Both the position numbers and the translations under genes were made by a program. From the NCBI RefSeq assembly GCF_009834535.1, contig NC_045727.1:12090001-12154000 (forward strand): a DNA stretch of 64,000 nucleotides. The letters are read 5' to 3'. Under the pieces are notes generated by a model, which was given only the letters and a program-made list of their open reading frames with translations, did no database searches and was not told the DNA's origin. Shown one piece after another: positions 37,061 to 50,371 of this stretch (positions are counted from its first letter, which is position 1; every line of letters starts with the position of its first letter). The stretch comes from Camelus ferus. Lineage: Eukaryota.

Positions 37061-38074
37061 CTATTCCCTACTCCCTGTCCTGTGGCTCTGCTCTTGTCTC
37101 AGCCCTGAGCCCAGGGACCTCTCTTTGGTAATTCCATGAGGTTGGAAGTGCCAAGTCAGGGTTTCAGAGTGAGTGTTATTCTCCCCAAGAGAAAAGTCTT
37201 CAAGGAAGCATCAGTCATGCTCCTTGCACTGGACCTTGCCCAGGGGCCCTGGACCTCTGAGGGTCCTCAAACCAGAACCTACAGTGCCCTGGATGCTCCC
37301 AGGATGGGTCCCATCCTTCGCATGTACCTAGTTCAGCAGAATGACTGCTTTGGAGCTGCCAATAGGTGCCAGACCCTTGGTGAGTTTTCCTGCACCACCT
37401 CACCTGGTATCATAATAACTCAGCAGCTCCCTCTACTGAAGGCACTCCTCTCCCCAGTCTAATCAGGAGGGACCTTCATTGGGAGGTTCAACCATGTTCC
37501 CAGGGTCCCCCGACAGCGATGATTGGGTCAAGATTCCACCCAGGGGACTGACTTCAGAGCCTGACCTTTCATTACCCTCCTCGCCCTGTCCCCCCAAACT
37601 CCCTGCCTCCCCCATCTCAGGCCCCTGAGCCCCTCCTGTCCCAACCCTCTCTTCTGTATCCCACATCAATAAAATATTCCTTATGGTCCACTTTGGCTTC
37701 TAGATCTCTGCACAAACTATAACTTGTCATGGGGTTATTGGAAGCCAACTTCCCCCTGAGAGGGATGCTTGTAGCAATATTTATTTAAAAATGTACACAC
37801 TATTGTTATTCATTTTGCATTATAATAAAACTGTGCTTGATGGCTCAGCTGGATCTGTCAGATTGCATTTATTATCTTTTCTTACAGAAGGAAGCCTTCT
37901 GGACACATAAATCCCTTCATTTCTGGGTGGCCTCAGTGACACTGACTTGGGTGGAAAGTGGAGCAGCAGTTTCTCCCCAATGAGGCCTTTGTGTTTGGGA
38001 CCCGCTGTCACCTCCTGGTGGTGGGGACTATATGTTGAAGGCACAGTTACCCAAGGAAACCTCATCCAGCTCAC

Positions 38075-38385
38075 CTGCTCTGTCCAATATGGTGGCCACA
38101 ATCAAGGTGGCTGCTGATCATGCAGTGCGGGTGGACCCAGTAGAGATAGGCTGTAGATCTGAAATACCCAGCAGGTGCCAAAGATTTAGGACAGTGTAGT
38201 GTAGAATGTTTCAATATTTGTACATTTAATTCATATTGAAAATTATATATTCAACACATAGAGTTAAGGCAAATCTATCATGGAAACGAATTGCATCTAC
38301 GTCTCTTAATTTTTTTAAGGAGTCTATTGAAAACAATTTTTAATGACAGATGGGCTTCAAATTTTGTTTCTATTGAACAGGGCAG
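38075..38385. mobile_element. MER3/MER33-like hAT-Charlie DNA element (duplicate at 56552-56860)
   Basis: Inverted termini ctgctctgtccaata ... tattg(a/g)acagggcag. Confidence 0.7.
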
Positions 38386-38559
38386 CACAGCAAAGTCACA
38401 ATATCTGTCACTTGTGTTTGAAATAGTAGAGAGGACTTTCCTGCATGTTAGATAATGTCATGTCTCAGCTGAAAGCACAGTGAGAGGCCGCAGGAAGGTG
38501 CTGAAGACCGGGGGTTCCGGGCTGGAGAGAACTTGGTGTGCTGCCGGGCTGCCACATTC

Positions 38560-38740
38560 TTGTTCTGACTTGGACCAAGCTGCTCATCCCTGCACGCCTC
38601 AGTTTCCCCATCTGTGACCTGGGTTGTCAAGGGAGTGCTTTCTCACAGATTATTTGTGATTCAACAAGGTAGTAAATAGGAAGAACTTTGATGGTGCTTG
38701 ACAAGTAGTAAGCACTCACGAATGTTCACTCCTCTTATAA
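38560..38740. mobile_element. MIR SINE fragment (duplicate near 57040-57210; other MIR bits near 27290 and 28570)
   Basis: gcctcagtttccccatctgt core motif. Confidence 0.7.
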
Positions 38741-40841
38741 CTGTTAACATCCTTATTCCTTATCCGGATACTTACTACACAGCACAGGCATTGGAACAGG
38801 AGTAGGAACATGATGAAGGAACAGATTTGGGGTTGTGACATTTGACACTGAGAAAAATTTCCGGCCACCCCAAAGTGCACACATGCGTGTGGGACACCTC
38901 ACACTCACCAGCTGGAGTCCTAACCGGGAGTGCCTGAGGGTGGGACCTTATTCAAAACTGGAGCCAGTTCACATGTAATGAGTTAAGCTGGGTTCATGCT
39001 GGCGTGAGCTGAGCACCCACCCCAATTCCGTGTGCCCAGTCGCCTCAGGAGCTCGGGTCTCTGTCCCCGAGGAATCTCTCAGTCCCTCCTGCTGGCCTCC
39101 TAAGTCTTTCTCAGTCCACCTGAGTCTTGGAATTTGCCTGTCCTGCCCGCAGCAACCGAGCTTCAGTCAGATTCCAGACCTTTGAATGCTGTGGGAAACA
39201 GGTTAACATTAGACTTTCTCTCAGGCCGCATGAGTGGTGTGTTAGAGACGGGGTGATGTCCCTGGTCAATTTTGGGGTCATACTTTCTCTGTTTTTGGAT
39301 TTGCAGAGTTTAGGTTCGGTTGCTATGTCATCAGGTTCACTCATCTTTTCTTTTGCAACATCTAAGTGCTGTCAGTCTGACCCAGTGTATTTTGATCTTA
39401 ATTGCTGTGGGTTTCATTTGTAGAAGTTCAATTTGCATTATTTTTCAATGTCTCATGTCTCCACTTACCATGTTCAATCTTTCCTCGACCTCAAGAAAAA
39501 AAATGGAATAAAGTAATAAACGTTGCTTTTGTCTGCTTGTCTGTCTGGGCAATTCCAGGTCAAGCTTCGATTAAGTAGTTTTTCAACTTATTATGGCTCT
39601 TATTCTCCTGATTCTTTATAGGATATTTTTGGTAGGATTCAGGTATTGTGAATTTTCCTTGCTGGGTACAGGTTATTTTTTATTTCTCCCTGTATGTTTG
39701 ATTTTTCTTTTGTTTTTTGGTTGTTTCTGTAAAGTGACTTGGAGACACTCAAATCCTTTCTTCACTTGCTTCTACATTTTGTTAAGTGGAACCAGGGTGG
39801 CCTTTCATGTGGGGCTGATTATCTCCACTACTAGTGTGAGTTCTTCTGACTGGTCACCCTGAGGCCTTAATTTGGAGCTTCCCCCTCTGACTGGGGAGCA
39901 GCCCTCTTCTGATGTGTTTGTGATTCTGCGGAACTTCCTCCAACATCTTCGGTGGCTCCTTCCTCAACATCAGGATGATTCCTCCCTCCTGGGAGTTCAT
40001 CAGAAGGTTAGGACTATTTGCAGGCTGCAGAGTCCTCTCTGTGCAGATCTCCTCTCTGATACTCTTCCCTCTAGATGATTCATTTCTTTTTGGGATCCTT
40101 GGAAATTCACTCGGAAAAATGCATGCACGAGGTTGAATGTGATCTCCCTGGAAGAAAGCAAGGGAGGCCACTGGTCACAGCTGCATTGTGGTGACAGCTG
40201 AGGACTTGTGTGGGAGTCACTGCATGTCATCCTGAACTGAGGCAAGGACTTGGAACCTTGGTGTCAGGCATCACTGGACCAGAGTCACACGCAGGGAAGG
40301 GGCTGGACCTTGGGGGAGCCCATCTCTACAACAACGACCCAACCTGGTGAGGGCATAGCTGTGAGCTGGCAGAGTCTCCAACACCAGTGGGAGGTGGGTC
40401 AGCCGGAAGGAGAGACTCCACAGTGTCTGCTACACTAGTTTGATCTGGTAAGGGGCCTAGGTTGTCATTCGAACCTAAAGCTTCAGGAGCTCAGATGAGC
40501 TGGGTGATTCTGGGGATCAGTCCAGGAGAATTGGGCCGGTGAGTGGCCAGTCACTGACACACAGAAATCGAGGGCCCATTACCAGTGGGTCCGTGTCTCC
40601 CTCTATCTGTCCTCTCATTCAGGCCCACCTTGCCCTACTCGTTCCACAGCCCAGACACCAGGACATCCTTGTGCAGCCACCCTAAGACCAGGTCTGATTC
40701 ACCATGTTTAGAGCTGCCTGGAGGGAGGGCTGGGGGGGAGTACGTCCTGGGAGCTCAGATCTATAGGTACCCAGCCAGATCTGTCACTGCTTTGTCTACA
40801 GACCTCCTGGGGCTGGAAGAGAGGGTGACAGAGATGGAGGG

Positions 40842-40880
40842 GGTTTGTGTCCCACTTCCCCATCTGCCTGGGTCACTGTG
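40842..40880 (-). other. 23-RSS of V8
   Basis: CACAGTG, 23 nt, ACACAAACC. Confidence 0.92.
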
Positions 40881-41650
40881 GTCATTGGCACTGCTGTCAT
40901 AAGACTGACAGTAATAGTCAGCTTCATCTTCGACCTGGGTCCTGCTGATGGTCAGGGTGACCGTGTAGCCTGAGTCAGACCCAGAGAACCACTCAGGGAT
41001 CCCTGAGTGCCCGCTGTTATCATCATAGATGACCAGCACTGGGGCCTGGCCTGGCTTCCTTTTTTTTTTTTTTTAATTTTTAAAAATCATTTTATTTTAT
41101 TTTATTTTATTTTTTAAAGAAGTCTTTTTTTAAACATTATTTATTCATTTATAATCATTTTACAATGTTGTGTCAAATTCCAGTGTTCAGCACAAGTTTT
41201 CAGTCATTCATGGACATATACACACTCATTGTCAGATTTTTTTCTCTGTGAGTTATCAAAACATTTTGTGTATATTTCCCTGTGCTATGCAGTATAATCT
41301 TGTTTATCTATTCTACAATTTTGAAATCCCAGTTTTCTGCTGGTACCAGTAAGCATAACTGCTTCCTAAGCTGCCTCCTTGGCAGGTGATCCTAGCCATC
41401 TGTCCCAAGGACACGGACACTGCGGAGGGCTGAGTCAGTGCAGAAGAGGCCACGTAACCTGCAGGATAGGAGAGGAGAGTGAGGGTGGGGACCAGGGTGT
41501 CATTCCCTAGGACCACGCACTCCACAGCATCCCCTGTGCTGAGCTGACATTCAGGGCCCGGCTGATGTCTGGGTAACCAAGGTTCTGAGTCCTGGGGGCA
41601 GCACCTGTACAGAGAGAGAGGAGAGACAGCAGGAGAGGGGTCCAGGCCAT
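40881..41650 (-). pseudogene. IGLV3: V8: IGLV3-like pseudogene interrupted in FR2 by an L1 fragment. Leader 41605-41650, V exon parts 41335-41458 and 40881-41058
   Basis: 5' part ...[19 protein letters not shown], 3' part [61 protein letters not shown] intact (40842-40880). Perfect octamer at 41754-41761. Confidence 0.93.
41059..41334 (-). mobile_element. 5'-truncated L1 3' end with poly(A) tail inserted in V8
   Basis: Poly-T at 41060-41074 and strong similarity to 23.85-24.04k. Only a 3-nt TTC repeat flanks it. Confidence 0.88.
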
Positions 41651-44600
41651 GGTGGAGGTGCCCTGAGCTCTGCTCTGAGACCGCGCAGCAGGGCAGGGCT
41701 CCTCAAGGTCCCTCTTATTCCCTCAGAGCTTTGGGGCAGGAGGGTTTGAGTTTATGCAAATTTACCGCTTTCCTGGGGCTCCTCACTGAGAGGGGAGTCA
41801 CCAATCTTTCAGCCAGGGCAACTCACTCAGCCTCCTCCCTGCCTTCTTATGTCTGAAAATCAGACCTGGCCTCCTTGGGCCTTGATCTCAGTCCCCTTCC
41901 TGTCTCTGACCACATGACGACTGTCCCAAGCATCCCGGCCTGTGGATTCTGCTGGGTTGGCTCAGCGGGGTTGTGGGCCTGGCAGGATCCTAGAGAGACA
42001 AGAGGGATGCACTGTGCCCTGTCCCCTCAGTGTCCTGGGGGGCACTGTGCATGTGAACCTCCAACGTGGTCCTTGTGCTGTCAGGGGATGAGGTGGTCAG
42101 TCCCGACTTCCTGCCAGGCCTGACCCTCAGACCCCAGTGGACCCCCAGGGCTGATTCCCACTCAGGCTCCAACTGGGTGGCCCCAGCCTCAGTTCTGATG
42201 CTCCTGTTGCCTCTGCTGCCCCCTGCTGGAGGAGGAGAGCCAGACCAGGAGCTCCCTTCCTGCCGGTCACCCGGAAGGCCTCTCACTAAGAGGGAGTGGA
42301 GCAGGGATTCCAGCCCTGCCTCTGGGCCAGCTATGACCCCGGCCCTGCCCCGCCCAGCAGAGATTGCGCCTACGGGGTGCAGGTGCGGTTCCCATAACCT
42401 TATCTTGGGGTGGAAATGCCCTTCCCGACACTTTGGTTTTGTTATTAGAGTGGCGGGTGCGAGATGAACTTCAGCTTGTCTGCAAAGTGCCAGTGTCCAT
42501 AGCAACGTGTATGGTACTCTGGGGACCCAGGGCTCCTTGTGTTTAGGAACCAAGATGGATACTATCCCCACCCCAGGAGGGCAGTTGTGTGACGCTGTTT
42601 CTGCTTCTTGAGTACATCTGTGCGCAGACGTCATCCTCGTCACCATCCTCGTCACCATCACCATCCTCATCCCTCTTCCTGTTGTTTTCATGTCATCTCC
42701 CCACTCTCACAGCTCGTGGGGAGTGAATTTCTAGCTCAGCATCATCTGCCTTTTTGAGGAGACAGGGACTCTCCGGCTTATTCCACTGGGAATCCATCTG
42801 GAAATCATACCGATGGCTGAAGCCCTTTCTAGGACTCCTGCAGAAGGAGGACAGGGAACTCCAGGACCTCATGACTCGCTGAGATCCTTGCCACTTATCC
42901 CTGTAGTCAATAATATATTTGGGGGCCTTTTTATAATTTAAGGAACAAAGCCTTAACAGCTGTTAAAGCAGAGGCCCAGAGAGCAGAAGTCCCCAGATAA
43001 ATAGAGAGAAGTGAGGTGAGCCCAGGATGGTATCCAGGAGTCAGACCCTGGTCCTTTGTGTCTTAACCAGGGCACAGGAGCCATGAGGGCCAGGCTGGGT
43101 GACAACACTGGGCCCCCAGGGCTCACTGCTGTCCCGACCACATCCTGGCTGGGGGAGGTCAGCAGGGCTGTGTCCCAGGGTAGAGCTGAGAATCTGTGGG
43201 AGTGGGAGGCTGGTTTGGCCACGCAGAGGCCTGGCCTGGATCCTGCTGGCTCTGCTGGGCGGGATTGGTTGGTCCTCACTGTCCTAAGTGGGTGGGAGTG
43301 ACGGGTGTCTCACGGCCATTGTTACAGGGACAGATGAAACTTCAGGTGCCTATAAAGCCTGCAGGTTTACCAAATGCACATTAAGACCGGCTTTTTAAAA
43401 ATAAACCTTTCTGTCATCTTTATTAGTGTTCTGATTTCTTAGCATGACTGTAATTACTGTCTAGGGTTTTTCATGCAATTGTGAAGGGCCCCTGAAAGCA
43501 TTTCTTACAATACAGAGACATTGTCTGACCATGCACAGCGAGCACACTCCTCTCTGTGGACCTTTTGCAGAAGCTCTACTGCCTTGAGTTACAAGGACTC
43601 TGAGCTGATGAAGCTGGAGCGGAGAGAAGTGCTGGCCACGTGTGAGGGGGGAGCCTGAGGATCGTCTCCACTAACACTGTTAGTTAGCTGTGACAGACGT
43701 TCTGGGTTTCCGGGGAGATGTGGCGGCTGTGAACTGGACACATGGATGTTAGATCTGAAATACAAGAATATGGAGAGTGAGAGACAGAGACTGTACTGAG
43801 CACCAGTAACCCCCCAATTTGTGTCCAGGCAGAGGGTGAATGGTGATCACTGCACATCTCCTTCTCCTGTTTTGTTGGTCAAAGGACTTCAGAATTGTTT
43901 CCTGTACTTTATTTCAGACTGAGCAATTTAAATAAATATAATAAAATAGCCATGCATGCAATGTGCCACTAACCACCATGATGGTTCACTTCGTGTGTCC
44001 ACTGCTGGGCAAGTACGTCCCACTGGTTCTCATTTTGGTTGGTGTTGGGTGTGTTACATGAGAGCATTAGCCTTTGGACCCGGGGGCTCAGAGAAGCAGG
44101 CAGCACTTCCTGTGTGGGTGGGCTGCATCCCATCCCTGGGGGCCTGGCAAGAGCAAAGGGCAGAGGATGCAGGACCCCCTCCTCCCAGGCGGGCGCTGGG
44201 ACGTCACCCTCCTGCCCTTGATGAGAAGCACATCAGCCTCCCTGGATCTGAGGCCTTAGGGCAGAATCACACACGGGCTCTCGGGGGTTCACCTGTGGAC
44301 AGTGCCTCTTGGGACTTCTCAGCCTCCATAACCTTGATGGCCAGTTCCTCCTAATCCATCTCTGTACCCTACTGGCTGTGTGTCTCTGGAGAAGCCTGCA
44401 TAATAGGATCGTTTTTGGCTTTACACTCAGTGCCACTAAAGCACATTCACAGTGTTGTGCAGCCGTCACCATCTGTACGTGGAGATTTCTCTCCCTAAAC
44501 AGAAGGTCTATACCCATCAGATGGTAGTTTTGGGGGTTCTGGACCAGGGTCCAACTTGAAGACGATGTGTCCAGGGGATAGTCTGCAGGAGGAGCCCATG

Positions 44601-45083
44601 TGGGGACCGCACTGTCGCTGCAGTTTCTGCCACATCTCAGGGGAGGAGGGCCCTGGGTTTGGGGCCCAGGGCTCAGCCCTCTCCACACCTTAGGCAGTCC
44701 CCAGGAGGTGGGGACCCTTCATCCCAGAAAGCACAGGACCTCGCCCCAGGCCTCATTCTGTGGGCTCCCCCTGGAGGAGAGGGATTCCCCCAGAACCCTG
44801 GCGTCTGTCACAGCCCCCTTCACCAGCAGACACGTGGTCGCATCCGGGGCCAGTGTCACACATCGTGGCTCCTAAACCTTTCCTTTTCTTTCGAAACCTG
44901 ACCTCAGTCTTTGAAGCCCAGAAGAGCTACCTTCTCCCTTTTCGTCAGGACAAACCGAGGCCCTGAAGGACAGAGTCTTCAGCCCTGGGTGAGCAGGGCC
45001 AGGACCCTAGAGGATGCCCGGGTCTCAGCATTACCTCCCACTACTCAGAGGGGACTGGGGGTGAGTCCCAGGCCAGGCAGGGA

Positions 45084-45120
45084 GGTTTGTGTCCCACTTC
45101 CCCATCTACCTGTGTCACTG
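45084..45120 (-). other. Broken RSS of V9
   Basis: CAGTG remnant (2 nt missing), 23 nt, ACACAAACC. Confidence 0.85.
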
Positions 45121-45852
45121 AGCATTAGCACTACTGCGGTCCCACACCTGACAGTAGTAGTTGGCCTTGTCCTTGGCCTGGGCCCCGCTGATGGTCAGGG
45201 TGGCAGTGTTCTTTGAGTTGGAGCCAGAGAACCATTCCGGGATCCCTGAGGGCCTGCTGTTATCACCGCAGATGACGAGCACAGGGGCCTGGCCTGGCTT
45301 CTGCTGGCACCAGGGAGCACTTTTACTGCCAATGTTGTCCCCTCCACAAGTGATCTTGGCCATCTGTCCCAGGTTCACTGACACTGAGGGTGATTATGTC
45401 AGTTCGTAGGAGGCCACAAAGTCTGCAGGAGAGAAAGGATACCTGGGCTGGAATAATGAAGGAACTTTTCCTAGGGGAACCCAGCAGCTGATCTGCATTA
45501 ATCCCCAGGGATTCTCTTGGAACCCAGATGCCCCTTCCATCAGTCTCACCCCCAGTGACCCATGGGCTTGGCTGGTGGATGGAGCCCCTGTGCAAATGAG
45601 AAACCTGCCCCCTTCCTCTGGCAGGTGCAGCCCCTCAGGGCACACACAGCACTGAGCACAGTGTGGGATGTCATCCCTTCCATCCCCTCATCCTGCAGCA
45701 GGACCACCAGCCTCCTGCCCCCACCTGCAACGCCTTTCTGGGCTCAGTCAGAGCCAGGCTTGACCCCAGGCCTGGGCGAGTGTGGATGAGATCCTGGGGG
45801 CAGCACTTGTCCAGTGAGGCAGCAGGCTGAGGAGTAGAGGCATCTAGGCCAT
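45121..45852 (-). pseudogene. IGLV3: V9: IGLV3-like (GGDN type) pseudogene, paralog of V1. Leader 45807-45852, intron 45423-45806, V exon 45121-45422
   Basis: Leader codon 3 is TAG, FR1 has TAA at 45394-45396, the heptamer lacks CA, and the octamer has decayed to GTTTGCAC (45949-45956). Confidence 0.93.
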
Positions 45853-47364
45853 GGTGGAGGTGCCCTGATTCTGCTACCCAAGGGCGAAGCTGGGCAGGTC
45901 TCCAGCCACGCCTCTCTTATCCCCTTGCTGGAGAGAGAGCTGCTGGGTGTGCAAACCAGCCATCATCCAGGGGGCAGCCTGAAGCTCTCTGATTTCAGAG
46001 AAGGGCTCAGCCCCCAGGCACCCAGAGAGGGAGGGGCAGGCCCTGAGACTGTGCCCTCAGCCCAGGGGCTCCTCCTCTGCCTGCTGGTCCCAGAGTCTGG
46101 GGACATGTCCACCGTATGCTGTGTCTTGGCCTCACTCCTGGATGGCACGGCCACTGAGAGTCCAGAGATGAATCTGTTCTATTTCAATCCATCTGTAGGT
46201 GACACTGTGAGGGTGACAGGTGCAGGGTCCTACCCCTAATCACAGCTCCTGGGCTTGAGAGGGAGTAAAATTCATGCTTTGACAAAGCACATGGCATGTG
46301 CCAGAGCCGTCGTGGTCTGTGTCTGCCCTTGGATGTGAGCTGCTGGGGCAGGCTGCATGCTGTCCTCAATGTCCCCATTTTGCATCCGGGTCAGGAAGTG
46401 ACCAGGTGCTGAAATTACTGTTTGCTCTGTAGGGGACTGAGAGGGGGCTCAGGGTTTAATAGCTCTGCCAGGGAATGTTTACCACAATTAATATTCCTTC
46501 CGTTGCTGCGGAAAATAATTGTCATACACATAATTATGATGTGAGTCCGGAAGAGTTTGTTGAGTGACTGCTGTGTGTCAGGCCCAGGGAATCGGGAAGT
46601 GGGGAAATCTGGTCCCCTCCCTCTTCTCTGTGAGGGGTGAGTGGAAGGACAGGTGGGGGACCGTGGGGAAGCTCCCAGGGAGCAGGAGCAGCTGTGTCTG
46701 GAAGACCGGGGCTCCAAGCGCTTGGGAGGGAAGGGACTTGTGATCACTAGGAGGATGGGCGTTTGTGGACAGTGATGGCTTTTCAGCAGGGTATGCATGG
46801 GGTGGACGTGGGGGTGGGGCCAGGAAATAGGTACCTTCTGCAGGAGCAGGACTGGGACACTCGGAGCCAGAAAATGTATATTTGAGAGTGAAGGTGACAC
46901 TGTAGAAGGACACCTGTCCTCGAGTGTGAGGTGTTGGCTACATACCCTCCTGCATGTGGGTCCCCTGATGCACAGGACATGCCCTTTCCAGGTGAATTTG
47001 CCGTGTGACTCTGCTGCCCCCTGGTGGCTATTACACACATTGTTGGAGGCTCAGGTCATCCTCTGTCCAGGTGCAGATTCAGAACCACTGCTCAGGTGTG
47101 ACTCCCCCAGCAGGGATGGCAGGCCTCGGAGGAGGACATGCTCCTTTCTGCACGGCCCCTGCCTGCCTCAGACCAGGCACGAGGGACTCCAAATCACTAT
47201 GAAAATATGAGCAGGCTTATTTTCAGAGGGAGACGGCTGGACCCCAGAACCATCACTGTGCAGATCTCTGGGGTCATGAGAGGTCATGTGTGTGGTTCTG
47301 GGCTTGGCCTTAGGGGATACAGGACTCAGGGGCTGACTCTTTGTGGTGCTGGCTGATGGTCCAA

Positions 47365-47970
47365 CATGGGTTATGTCCAGGAGAAGTCCCACCGAGACGG
47401 AACGAACTACTTGAGACTCTGTGGATAGTCAAGATTGTGAGAGGGAGTGGGCGACCAAGTTCACGAGCCTCTCAAATGCCCTCACATTTATTGTGTACCA
47501 TCCAAGAAAAAATCATTGACAGTTGTGTGATGGAATGCAGGAAATTAGGGAAAGACAGGATGGGATAGAGTTTGTAGAATCCACAATGAGTACAAAGGCT
47601 TAGTTTATCTTTAGAGAAGTCACGGGGAGATCGGAACAAGGTACAGTCTTTAGATATAAGATGTTACTTACAAAGCAGACCACCAGACCTGCCAATTCTT
47701 GTCTTGGGGATAATAGACTAGCTAACAGCAGGAAGCATGCCCAGCATTTATACATGAGAGCCTGGGTCATTGCTTTGCAATGAGCAGAGTGCTATATAAA
47801 ACCTCACTATGCAAGCAAGGCATTGTCTCTGCTTTTTATGGCAAGGAGACAGGAGTGTGGATGCAGAGGCATCTGCTAGCAAAGCAGTTAATAAGCACAT
47901 TTGTTCCTCTTAAAGATGACAAGTGGGTGGGGTCTATTACAATTTGTTAACCCAATCATGGGTTCCCACA
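47365..47970 (-). mobile_element. Solo LTR (ERVK/betaretrovirus-like) with 6-bp target-site duplication
   Basis: GTCCAA at 47359-47364 and 47971-47976, with a single GTCCAA at the empty paralogous site 3651-3656. Minus strand starts TGTGGG and contains TATAAA and AATAAA. Family assignment is inferred. Confidence 0.8.
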
Positions 47971-50332
47971 GTCCAAAGCCAAACAGGGGCAGAGGTGGCT
48001 ACTGCTCCAAAGTCAGAGACAGGACCACACCCACCCACCCAAAGTTCTTTCAGATCCACTTTGTTCTGGCTGATAATCCTTCTTGCAGATCAGTTTGGAC
48101 AAGACACAGCCCCAGCCTTCGAGTTTCCATCTAGACGGTGGGGCAGCCTAGGGGACGCTCCTGGTTCTGGGACAGAGCGGAGAGTCCCCACAACCTTCTA
48201 CCTGTGTCTCATCTTCTCTGTTCACCTGAAAGCCAGATGATGGCTATTCTCAGGTCTCTCTCTTCCAGGACTGACCTTTACCCCAGTGCTGCCACTGGTA
48301 CCAAGACTATGTGTGACGGGATCCTTGGTTTGGCAGGAGACAAGTAGTTCTGTTTTACCACCAAAGTGGAGGTGGGTGTGGTCCACAAAGTCCCACGGGA
48401 CCAACGGAGTATCAGATCATGTGACAGAGCGTTGGTGTTGGCCGATGATCCTGGTGTCCCTGGAACTGAAAGAGAGGGGAGGCCTAGCAGTTGTCATTCA
48501 TCTGTGTCAACAGAGAGCTTCGTTTGAGGAAGACTTTTGCAGCTACTGAGCCTCAGTGGAGGCTGTATTATAACTGTGAGCCCCTAAGTCCACTTGGCCT
48601 GGAGCCACCTATGGGGACCAGGCAAGGCCTGAGCAACCGGGTCATGGGTGGGCATGCGCAGTAGCTCTCTGTCCTCAAGTAGAGGAGGTTGATATGAGGT
48701 CAGGCCCCCTCAGGTCCTGAAGCCCCTGGGGGGCTGCCTGAGGAAGTGGCCCAAACACCCCTGAGCCCAAGTCCTGCTGCAATGTCTTTTCTCCAGCAAC
48801 CCCCACCTTTGCCTCGTGGGAAATGTATATCACGAGTGTCACAGAGGAAAACTCTTCAGGATGGTTTGGAGAGGTTTCCGGGTGATATGAAGACACCCCT
48901 GAGAGTTAGCCATCTTGGTCCTTCCGCCCCATCGGGGACATCCCTGAAGGGCAGCAGTGGAGGAAGATTCTCCTTGATTGATGAGTGACCATTTGAGCAG
49001 GGTACCTGGTGCATTAGCCTGGACACAGAGGGGGCTGCAGGAGGCTGTCTACTAATTTATGGGCTGAGACTCAGAGTTTGGCTGGACTGTCAGAGACGTG
49101 GCAGGAATACATGGAAAATATATGAGTAGAACCCCCGAAGGGACCCAGAGATTCAGTTCTTTGTGTCCCATGAAATGCTTAGCAATGTGTGTCCTGAAAA
49201 GGAAGTGATGTTAATAACCAGGTGGACAGGAGGACCCGCTCTGTGTATAGCAGTTTGCCTCCCTTTCCAACCATCGCCGGGTGGGCACCATGACCCGGTA
49301 CCCCTGTGGGAAGGGGAGGGTGAGACACAGGCTAGTCAGGATGGCTCCACTGTCTACAGCTGACCTGCCCACAGCCACGTCCATCACCAGCCTGCCAACA
49401 GCACAGACCAGCATGGCTCCCGTGGGACACTCTTCCCTTGGGAATCTGCAAGGGACCAGGTACTCAGTGGATGACATCTGACCTCTTCCAGCATGGAGGT
49501 GGGAGCCCTGCTCTTACTGACAGATCTTTCCCGCAGACTGGGAGTCGCCCTCTCTGACTGCAGTGCTTCTGCCCCAGCTGTTCTCCCTGGACTCATAGAA
49601 TTCTGAGTTTCCTCACGGGGCTTCTGACCGTGAGCTCATTCCACATCAGAAGAGGGGCTGCCATGGGCCCAGGCTCCTGGGCTTCACCGGTCCCACCTCT
49701 TTCCCCAACATCCCAAGGCTGCTGCCTCAGTGATGGAGCAACAGCCGATGGAAGAGCCGGTCACTCTGCCAGGCAAGTGCCAACACTTGTGGGGGATGGT
49801 AAAGCCGTCCAGGTGCGAGATATGTTCTAAATCTGTGCACAGGGTACGATGCTTCTCCCATCACCAGGATTCACGGGGCCAGGATTCAAGGTGAGGGGGT
49901 GGGAGGGTTCCACCTATTATCATCCCTGGGACCTGCTGAGGACATTTGCTCCATGTCCCCTGACCTCCACCCTGCTGGCCTGGGGTCTTAGGACTGAAGG
50001 GAAAATGCTTCCACCCAGAGACACGACCATATTCCCATTTCACTGAGAGCTCAGACTCCCTTGTGATGTAGGGTCCTCCTGCATCGCTGGACGTCCCTAC
50101 TGAATCCACCAGGGCCCTCCTCCCCCCACACATAACTTAGGCGCAAAAACACCATGACAGCAACATCCTGCCAGCCAGAAATCCACCCCTGATCCACCGT
50201 GTGTAGAGCAGCCTGGAGGGTGGTGGGGAGGGCAGTCTGGGAGCTCAGATCTGGGGGAACCGGGCCAGACCTGTCACGGCCTTTGCCACAGGCCTCCAGG
50301 GACTAGAGGAGAGGGTGACAGAGATGCAGGGT

Positions 50333-50371
50333 GTTTTATGTCCTACTTCCCCATCTGCCTGTGTCACTGTG
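50333..50371 (-). other. 23-RSS of V10
   Basis: CACAGTG, 23 nt, ACATAAAAC (same as V2). Confidence 0.9.

Larger units (their letters stand above)
32110..40900 (+). repeat. Segmental duplication B, copy 1 (copy 2 about 50580-59380)
   Basis: Constant offset of 18470-18478 at the V6/V10 ATG, the V7/V11 heptamer and the V8/V12 heptamer. Confidence 0.93.
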
